A stretch of 64,000 nt of DNA from the human T2T-CHM13v2.0 reference genome, Homo sapiens. Shown in pieces: positions 54,204-64,000 of this stretch. The DNA is taken from the NCBI RefSeq assembly GCF_009914755.1, contig NC_060941.1; one strand, given 5' to 3'. Position 1 is the first letter of the stretch. Every line of letters begins with the position of its first letter. The notes under the pieces were generated by a model that worked only from the letters and a program-made list of their open reading frames with translations, searched no databases and had not been told where the DNA came from. The position numbers were made by a program, and so were the translations under genes.

Positions 54204-54469
54204 TTATGCTCATTCTGTTGTGAGGGGAAGCCCCTTGCTGGGGCTCCCCCCCTGGCTGGGAAGTGGTAAAGCTGTGAATAGATCCCATGTCTGCCTGGCC
54301 TGGCCACAAAGCTAGTGCTCCTCCCACTCTCCAATACCACCTGCCACCCTCACTGTCACCAGCCCAGAAGCACCCCCTGCACACACCATATCCCCAGTGA
54401 GCACACATGCATGTCACAGACAGGAAAATCACACTCATGTAGTACCTGCACGACACAGGCTAAGGGCTT

Positions 54470-54700
54470 TTTGGTGTTTCCTGTGTGCCAGGCCCTGTTG
54501 TAAGTTCCGTGTAGGCATGAGCTAGATGCAAGGCCGCAACAATCCTAGGATGTAGGTTCCTTTCAATATTCTTATCCTCATTTTACAAATGAGGAAACTG
54601 AGGCTCAGAGAGGTTAAGTAATTTGCCCAAGGTCACACAGCTAGGAAGTTGCAGAGCTGAGATTTGAACGCAGGCTTTAACCACTGTGCTATGGCCCATT
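54470..54700 (-). mobile_element. MIR
   Basis: cattttacaaatgaggaaactgaggctcagagaggttaagtaatttgcccaaggtcacacagct. Confidence 0.9.
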
Positions 54701-55124
54701 CTCTAATATTGATTGCATGCTACTCATTCAGTCAGTCATCAACTATTACTGACTGCTGTGTTGTGCCCAACTCTGCACAGGCCCCCGGGACGGCTCTTCC
54801 CTGCCCCCTCCTCCTGACCCAGCCTGGTGTGTACCACATGGTAGATGGGGGCTGTACCTGCTCTCACTCTCCTTCTTTTCCAGAGTTCCTCCTCCCCCAC
54901 AAGCTGGCACATGTGGATATTGGCTCTGTTTTGCCTTTGACCCCTAGTGAAAGAAAATACTGAGGTAATGCCTGACTGGGGAGCATGGACACAGGGAGAT
55001 GCAAATGGGGTGCCAGCTGGGGCCAGGGCAGGGGTGGGGGATAGGGTAGGGGGTGAGGGGAGGTCTGGGAGCAGGAATCTCTCTTCGCTTCTGCCTGCAT
55101 TTTTATCATATACTAATATCTATT

Positions 55125-55709
<585 letters not shown>

Positions 55710-56429
55710 TAATGTCTAAAGGTCAGCCCAGCTACCACCAGTGTGCATGTGATGTGTCCCATCTCCCCTTCGGATTGGAGGAAGAAGCTGTGTCCCTCCC
55801 ATCAGACAGACGGTCTCCTTAAAGGTAGGCATTGCGTCCACTCGTTCAGACAGAGAGCTCTCTGAAGTCAGGGAGTGTGTCTCCCATACCAGATTGGGGT
55901 TCTTTGAGGGTATAACGTAGGTTTTCCCATCAGACTAGGAGCAGGCCTGTGTCACCTCCTTCCTCTAGATTCTCCTGGTCTCCAGCTTGGGCTCTGCTGG
56001 AAAGAAGAGGAAGTATTTAGCAAGGGTGAAGGTATGATGCCCTCCCCACCATCCGTCTCTCCCTCCAAACCTGTTCAAACTGGAACTTTAACATTCACCC
56101 CCAATCCAGTAAGCTCAACTTCCTTGAGTCCCTCTTCAGTCCTGTCCTCTCTTTCCCAGATGGGTTCTTACTTCCCTGAGGCAACCAGAGATAAGAAAAG
56201 ACCAGAATATGAATATCCAGCATTCCACAAAGAATCCTACAGGCAGGGATATTGCCCAATCACCAGTGCCTCGCATCCCAGTTCTATCCAAGATCCAAGC
56301 TTGATATCCTCCTGAAAGACTTCCTGAATCAGGTCACCAACATGGACATCTGAACTTCCAGAATCAGGTCACCGTCTTTCTTCTCATCTCTGGATGTATT
56401 TGGAGCTCATTTTTCTGACGGTTTTTGAA

Positions 56430-56825
56430 TGCTATCTTTTAAAAATAAACTTTTACAATTTGGGTTTAATAATTCTAGATTTATAGAAAAGTTGAAAAGA
56501 AAGTACAGAAAGTTCCCATATATCCCTTATCCAGTTCTCTTAATGTTAACCTCCTACATCATCATGGAACATTTGCCAAAATGAAGATGTCAACACTGGT
56601 GCTTTGCTGTGAACTAAACTCCAGACTTTATTCGGATTTCATGAATTTTTCTCCTAAGGTCCCTTTTCCGTTCCGGCATTCCACCCAGGATATCACATTG
56701 CATTTGGTGTTTGTGTCTCCTTGGTCTCCTCTGGTTCTTGAGAGTTTCTCAGTCTCTCCTTGTTTTTCATGACTGAAGTTTCAAGGAGTACTGGTCAGGT
56801 ATTCCATAGAATGTCCTACTGTTAG
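56430..56825 (-). mobile_element. Old L1 3' end (L1MC-like)
   Basis: tagatttatagaaaagttgaaaag..gttcccatatatccc; aactccagactttattcggatttc. Confidence 0.75.
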
Positions 56826-57091
56826 CTTTCAGCAGTAAAAGCCTTTCCACAAACAAAACCTTCTGCAGAGTCCTAATCTGTGAACAGACAAGAATGGAGT
56901 TGCCATGGTCACAGCAGTGATGAGAAATGATCCCCTGAATATGAATCTCCATGAAACCCCCCGAGAATTATAAGAAACCCCCAGGATACCATGGAACCAA
57001 GTTTGAAAACCATTAATTTAGGCCAAGCTCTGTTCAGTACTTGGTTTTGAGCTATAAAACCCTAGACAGGGAATTATAAACTAGATCTTAG

Positions 57092-57438
<347 letters not shown>

Positions 57439-57439
57439 G

Positions 57440-58050
57440 CATTGGTCTACTCTTTAGATGACATCATGTTAATTGGACCAGAAAAGTGCCAAGGAGCCTT
57501 GGTAAGTGCATGCATTCCAGGGGATGGGAAGAAAAAAACTCCTACAAAGATTTAGTGTCTTACTAACATCAGTGAGATCTTTAGTGGTTTGGTAGTCAGA
57601 AGCATGACTAGACATCCCCTCCAAAGAAAAGGAGAAATTCTTGCCCAGCAGATAAGAAAGCTCATCTGGTAGGCCTCCTCAGACTCTGGAGAAAACATAT
57701 TCTACCTTTGGGAATATGTTTTACAGGTGACATTAAAGGCTGTCAAATTTGAATGAGACACAGAGCAAGAAAGAGCTGTTCAACAGTTCCAGGTGTGGTG
57801 CAAATGGTCCTGCCACTTGGCCCTTAAGACCCACAGACCCTATGGCATTGGGGGTATTTGTGACATCAAGAAAAGCTGACACCACAATAGGAGAATTACA
57901 ATGCAGACCTCTAGAGTTCTGGGGGGTTATTTACTAGTCAAAACCAGCTTATTGCATGCTACAGGACCCTGGTAGAAACAGAACACCTAACCAAGGGACA
58001 TCAGGGGACCAGAGCCGCCCATCATGAGCTGAGTCCTGACAGATCCTACA
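57440..58050 (+). mobile_element. ERVL-family endogenous retrovirus pol relic (RT-RNase H)
   Basis: [13 protein letters not shown] (decayed YxDD), DIPSK.KEK, IGELQCRPLEFW, QLIACYRTLVETEHLTKGHQ; frameshifted. Confidence 0.85.
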
Positions 58051-58274
58051 TCATCCCATGAATATCCTCCAGACTGAGCTGTCCAGGTTTCTGCTCATTA
58101 CATGTCCTGGGTCTCTCTTGATGCCCCTTATGTGTCTATCAAGGTCCCTCCCACTTAACATGTCACTCAGCCAAGGATGCACTCTTCCAGCTCTAGGTGG
58201 CCAGAGACCAGGGTAACAGGACAATTCCCCCCACCCAACTACATTTCATGGTTCAGACGACAGACTTAATGGCT

Positions 58275-61050
58275 ATAGAATTTTCCTAAAGTGTGGTTCA
58301 TGGACCACTGGGGGGGTCCCTAAAGGTATACAAGTGGTCCATAGGAAACCTCTAAGGAAAAAAAGGATGGAATTGCTCTACTCATAAATCTGAAATGCAA
58401 AATTGATTAATTGATTAAGATTCTTGCAACAATCCCATCTTGTACATTTATCTATCTATCTATCTATCTATCTATTTATTTCAGAGACAAGTTCTCACTC
58501 TGTCCCTCAGGCTGGAGTGCAGTGGTGTGATCATAGCTCACTGCAGTCTTGAACTGGGCTCAAATTACCCTCCTGCCTCAACCTCCTGAGTAGCTGGGAC
58601 TACAGGCGCACGCCACCATGTACAGCTAATCCTTAAATTTTTTTTAGAGATAAGCTCTCACATTGTTGCCCAGGCTGGTCTTGAACTCTTGGGCTCAAGT
58701 AATCCTCCTGCCTCAGCTTCCCAGAGCACTGAGATTCCAGGCGTGAGCCACTGCACCCAGCCCCATTTTGTTCTTAATAACTGTCACATTCTCCAACATT
58801 GTGCATCCTCTAATTTGAATTTGGCTGATCCAGCTTGGGCAGATCATCTCCAGAGACATATTTTCATGTCACTTATGGGTTTTTGGTTATTATTTTTGTG
58901 ATGTGTAATATCCTCAACCCAAATAATAAGCCAGTGATTCAAAAGTGGTTAATTAAAGCCTAAGAAGAGTGAGAAAAATAGTAACCCAAATACTACAACT
59001 GAGAATAGTGTTATAAAAGTAAATACGTAGTGTCCAAGCATATGGCTGGGCTAAAAAAAAAAAAAAAGGAAGAAAGAAGAAAAGTAAATACATAGTGAAC
59101 AAGCATCTAGTTCAAAAATATGTAAATCTCTGAGAACTGGGACACGTCTGACAATTTCACACAAGTAGCTGAAAAAGTGTAAATAGTGAGTATGATGTTG
59201 AAGATCTGAACTTAACTTTACTGGACTGGTGATCTATTCCATTTTAATCCCCAGTGAGTTGTGTGTTATGAAACTTTGTCAAATAGTGGCATAAAGCCAT
59301 CAAGATTTTCACATCATTTTCAAACACAGCACAGTGACCTTTCTGGTAAACCATCAGAGACTTTTCTTTTTTTTCCAGAACAAGAGCAAAATAAGCTTTC
59401 CAGGACAAAATTAATGGATTTTCCCCCAGTAAAGGCAGGAAGAAAAACAAAATGACAGAGGCAGCATTTAAAAGTGCACTCCTCTTAGTAAAACACAGCT
59501 ACAAAGTAATACTATCTGAGAAGATTGTAACACAGCCGTGTTATTAATGATACACATTTCTCTCACAGAGAATGAAAAACCAACTTTTGGCAAATTTCCT
59601 TTATCAAATGACAGTGTTGGATATCACGTGGTGTCAATTGCAAATATTATGAGAAAATAGTTTGATTTTAATAAATCCGGCTATCTTATACTCCTCATTG
59701 AAAAATGTAAGTTTTTGCCCAGTGATAGTTTGTGTAATACCAAAATTTTAAAAAAGATAATGACATTTTATTCCTCTAAGGTGAGGTTTGAACTGTCAGT
59801 TATTACATATATTGTCATCTGAGCAAGCTGTTTAAGATCTTAGAACTGATCTTCAGTGGCCTAGTCAATGACTTAAGGAAATGGTTTCATTTCATCTTTT
59901 TCAAACATTCTTGTGGCCCCATGTGAAGCTGGCTAAAAATCAATGATGTGCTGCTGGGTCTGGTGACTCATGCCTGAAATTCCAGCATTTGGGAGGCCAA
60001 AGCGGGTAAATTGTTTGAGTCCAGGAGTTCAAGACCAGTCAGGGCAACATGGCAAAACCTTGTCTCACAAAAAGTACAAACAAAATCATCCAGACATGGT
60101 GGTGCATGCCTGTGGTTCCAGCTACTGGGGTGGGGTGGTGAGGAGCTGAGGTGGGAGGATCACTTGAGCCTGGGAGGCAGAGGCTGCAGGCTGCAGTGAG
60201 CTGAGATCATGCCACTGCTCTCCAGTCTGGGCAACAGAGTGAGACTCTTTCTCAAACAAAACAAAACAAAACCAAAAACCCCCCCATTTCTCCACTCAAG
60301 GCCACTTCTGAGATCCTGAGTGACTTGCTCAAATGGCAATATATTCAATATCTGTATTGTCCAGACATCACCAATTACAATATTTACTGTTGAGGAGCAA
60401 GTTAGCAGAATTTCTTAAAACCAAACAGCAGTATGACTGCTCCATTTTTATTTTGATTCTTTTTCAGCACTTGGTGATTTTGTTTCTGAGCAGGAGAAAG
60501 GAATCGGTGACATATTATTAAGACTATTTAAAAACCACATCCAAACATTACTCAGAACTTAAAGAATTCTTTCCGGAGTCAAATTCAACCAAAGAAAGGA
60601 TTATGACTCTGCTTGCTCCCCCCCACCGCCGCCCCCCTCTCCCTGGGTGAAATACTTAGTCTTCTGGCTTTTGAAAGCTTTGTACCTGTTGACCTAATGT
60701 CCGAGAGAGGGGAGAGCAGTCTTTAGGAAGAAAGAGGTCTGTGATTTCTGAATTCTTGTTTGGTCTGAATCCAGAACCATCTGTCAGAGCCACCAAACAT
60801 TTGCTGCCATTTCTAATGACCTATAATTGTGGTTTAGGATTTTTCTAATTTGGTACGAATAAGGAATAAGAAAAGAAACTGACAGGATATGAAAACTCCT
60901 TATGGCTCCTACTGTCACACAGGGCGCAGACGTACTGGCGGAAATTTTCAGAAGGTATCATCACCCTCCCTGATATGTAACAATTATCCTTCATGTTACT
61001 TTTACACAGTTGCATTTCAAAAATGATTTTAGAAATACACTGTTGTTTTA
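58275..61050 (+). mobile_element. Fragmented hAT-Charlie DNA transposon with nested Alus (58447-58763 minus, 59953-60278 plus)
   Basis: 5' end tttcctaaagtgtggttcatggacc; BED-finger-like VCYETLSNSGIKPSRFSHHFQTQH (59261-59335); hAT dimerisation motif ATKHLLPFLMTYNCGLGFS..IRNKKRN (about 60789-60880). Confidence 0.82.
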
Positions 61051-61589
61051 AAACTTGTTTAAAGTGGGTGGTTGATGTATGAGCTCAATGCCCAGTAAGG
61101 GCTGCTGATGTTGAGTGTGAGAACACTCCCGTTGCTGCCGAGGCTGCATTCCATGGCAGATAAAGAAATCCCATAGGGAATCCAGGGAGGCCCCTAGGAT
61201 CCTGTGAGCCCTGCTTGTCCAGCGCAGCCCTGCTGTGTTAGCTGAGCTGACCCTTGTCACAGCCTTCTGGTGGGTCACTAGCTCTTGCTCAAACAAAAGC
61301 AATGCTCTGCTCCATGTCCAACAGCTCTGTCCCAGCTGTTCTGCTCAAAGTCCAGTGAGGAAAATGCTAGTATCCCCATTTTATAGACGAGAACCCAGAA
61401 GCTCAGAGAGCTTCTCCCCAAAGCCACCCAGCTTGGAGGGGAGAGGCTAGGAGAGGACCCAGAAACTTTTTATGCTCCTTGCCCCAAAGACTCTTTCCCC
61501 CAGACTTGGATGTCTGCAAAAAGACCTAAAGGACAGTGTCCAGAATGCTCGGGTTTACTTAGGACTCAGGTCCAGACGCCTGCTTACAT

Positions 61590-63090
61590 TGTCTCAATCT
61601 TTACAACGGTCTTCACAATGAGATACATGGGTCATTAGCTCTGCTTTACAGATGAGGAAACCGAGGTTCAGAGAGGTTAAGTCACTTGCCCTTGGTCGCA
61701 TTGCAAATGAATGGCGACTTCTGCTTCAAACTGAGGTCTGGCAGCTAAGTGTGGGCTTTTAACTCTCCGCTGCAAAATGGCCATCAAATGGGGTTCTCCC
61801 TTAATATCTCTCCACCTGTGGATTCTCCCCGAGCGCCGTCTCCTTCCTCCTGCCTTGCAGTCTCTGCAAACTCCTGCCACAGCCTCCCAGCTCCTCTCCC
61901 TGCCCCTCCCTCCTAGGGCCCAAGTCTTTCTCCGAAAGGCAGCAGCCAGAGTGGTCTTGCCACCAGGTGCCTCATCCTTCCTCCCCGCTCTGCCTCCTGC
62001 GCCGTGGTCCCCTCCCACTGGGGAGGACCCGAGCTCCCCAGTCACCCCCAGGCCCTGCCGCTCAGGACTAGCTAACGTGCTCTCACTGCCTTCCGGCCTT
62101 CCAGCCACCTCCGTCCCCCAGCGCTCCCCTCCTGAGCCCCGAGGCCCCGGGCATCCTGCCCAGCGCAGACCCTGCCCTGCTCTGCTTGGAACAGGCCCCT
62201 CTCCACCTACCATCCCACCCCCCGCTCTCCCCTAGGCGTTTCTGGCTACACTTCTCTTCAAAAACTCCCTTGGGTCCCTGGCCGTCCCGCTCTGCTGCAG
62301 GGTCTCTCCCAGCGCCCCGCTCTGCCTGGCTGCCCACTCCCATCCCACCCTCCTGAGGATCCTCTCTGGGAGGACTGGGGTACAACTGTCAGGTTCATCC
62401 TGGCTCCTAGCACAGTGCCTGGCGCACAGAAGGAGCAGTGCAGTCGCGCTATGAGAGCTTGGCCTGCGGGCTCAGACTTCCAGTTCAAATCCCAGCCGCT
62501 CCTTCTCCCAGCGGTGTGACTGTGGACAAGTTACTTCCCTTTTCCGTGCCTGAGTTTCCTCATCTCTAAAATGGGGATCATAGATCTTGTTCATAAGATT
62601 GTGAGAACCTAAAGTAGGTAGAACAGTGCCTGGTGGAAGTAAGCATGTAGCATGTATTAGACCAATTATCATTCCTCAAGTAAAGTTGTTAGTTTACTTT
62701 CCTTTTCAGCCCACTTCCCTCTCCTGAGGGCCTCATGAGCCTCTGAAAGTCTGGCTCCACCCCTCCCCGCTCACTCGAGGGAGGTTTCAAAACCCAAGGG
62801 GTGGATTCTGTCTTCCACCACATCCCCCATACCAGAGAAGCTGTGCCATCTCCTAGCTCTAGCTCAGAAATTCTAAAACTCAAGAGAGTTCTGGAAAGAG
62901 CTGTGGACTTGGAGAGAAAAGCCCTATCTCCTGGTCCTGGTTCTGCCCGCCACATAGCTGTGTGACTTTGGACAGGTTGCTTTACGTCTCTGAGCCTTAA
63001 TTTTTACTCTTGTGAAATGGGAATAATCCCAGCCTCACCTCCCCCATAGGGTTGTCCCAGTGCTTGATTGCATAATCTGGAGACAGGGTA
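61590..63090. mobile_element. Cluster of MIR elements (about 61590-61770, 62440-62660, 62890-63090) flanking a GC-rich unique segment
   Basis: tttacagatgaggaaaccgaggttcagagaggttaagtcacttgccc; cctgagtttcctcatctctaaaatgggg. Confidence 0.75.
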
Positions 63091-63489
63091 TTTTGTCAAC
63101 CAAGGCAGGGTGAAGAAATGCAGGGCCTAGTAACCACAGGGTTGGAAGGGAAGACCAGGGCCAAGCCTGCAGGTGTCTCTGGTCAGGGATGTGCCAAGGG
63201 TGTGGCCACTGGGCTCCGGGCTGGGTAGCAAACTGTTAGGTGGCGCCGATTGGGAATAAGCCTGGGCCCAAGCTTTGTCCAAAGTCACTCAAAGACTTCT
63301 GCTTGGTCACTGTCTCCCTGCCACCCGCTCTTGCCACTTCTTCAAAAGCACCTTCAAGTGCTTCTCAGGCCCGCAGAACGCCCACTGGATCCTGATGCCC
63401 AGAGGCCCTGCCAAGTCTGACTGCCAGCCACAGCTCTCCCCACCCCTTTCCCACTCTCAACTCCAGCCCAGCTGAATTAGGAATTTCCT

Positions 63490-63790
63490 AATATTAGTCA
63501 TGATTTTTTCAGTTGCAAGTGCCAACAGCCTAATTCAAAGTGGCTTAAACAGAAAATTAAAGCTATTTGGCTTATTTAACCAAAAAGGTAGGTACAATTG
63601 GATCTATCGGCTAAAATAAGATCAAGAAGACTCAGTTTCTCTACCTCTTCTTTTGCTTTTCTCTGAAATAGCTTTTCTTCTTGGACAGCTTGGCTCTGTG
63701 CGGTGGTCTCACCCAGCTGCCTCAGGCTTATTTTCTAAAAGCTAAGCAACCCCAGGAGAAAAACAGAAACTCTTTCACAATAGTTTCAAG
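63490..63790. mobile_element. Old LTR fragment (LTR33/MLT-like)
   Basis: tattagtca..tcagttgcaagtg..aattcaaagtggcttaaaca. Confidence 0.5.
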
Positions 63791-63815
63791 AGGGAAAAAA
63801 AAAATCCCAAGATTT

Positions 63816-64000
63816 GCCAGGCACGGTGGCTCATGCCTGTAATCCCAGCACTTTGGGAGGCTAAGGTGGGCAGATCACCTTACGTCAGGAGTTCGAAATC
63901 AGCCTGGCCAACATGGCGAAACCCTGTCTCTACTAAATATATAAAAATTAGCCGGGGGTGGTGGCAGGTGCCTGTAATCCCAGCTACTCGGGAGGCTAAG
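63816..64000 (+). mobile_element. Alu (cut by window edge)
   Basis: gccaggcacggtggctcatgcctgtaatccc. Confidence 0.93.

Noticed and set aside
59033-59067. Micro-insertion as a 5S rRNA, Y RNA or U6 3' fragment
   Set aside because: Only a terminal ggct matches; too little to assign an RNA gene

Overview
Human genomic DNA (primate Alus; chr17q21.33 by gene content, from recall). It contains three genes. SGCA (alpha-sarcoglycan) is complete on the + strand: 10 exons, CDS 7109-16494. The testis linker-histone pseudogene HILS1/H1-9P is nested antisense in SGCA intron 8. COL1A1 is complete on the - strand: 51 exons, CDS 42562-26569, 1464 aa, with promoter, 5' stem-loop, intron-1 elements and two poly(A) regions, converging on SGCA. 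The flanks are repeat-rich (Alu, L1, L2, MIR, MER3-like, an ERVL pol relic, a fragmented hAT-Charlie transposon). There are no RNA genes or CRISPR arrays, and I cannot support a wholly new multi-gene system. The most novel-looking signals are: (1) an old duplicate of the SGCA intron 3/exon 4 junction inside intron 5, forming a stop-containing decoy acceptor 101 nt before exon 6; (2) a GC-AG first intron in SGCA carrying a 430-nt CA/CCCTCA minisatellite; (3) a HILS1 frameshift that can only be 'repaired' by an implausible 22-nt GT-AG micro-intron; (4) a tiny TSD-flanked poly(A) retro-insertion of unknown source; (5) several candidate enhancer/CTCF modules. Exon boundaries were read by eye from splice dinucleotides and frame continuity. 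Repeat boundaries and subfamilies are approximate.
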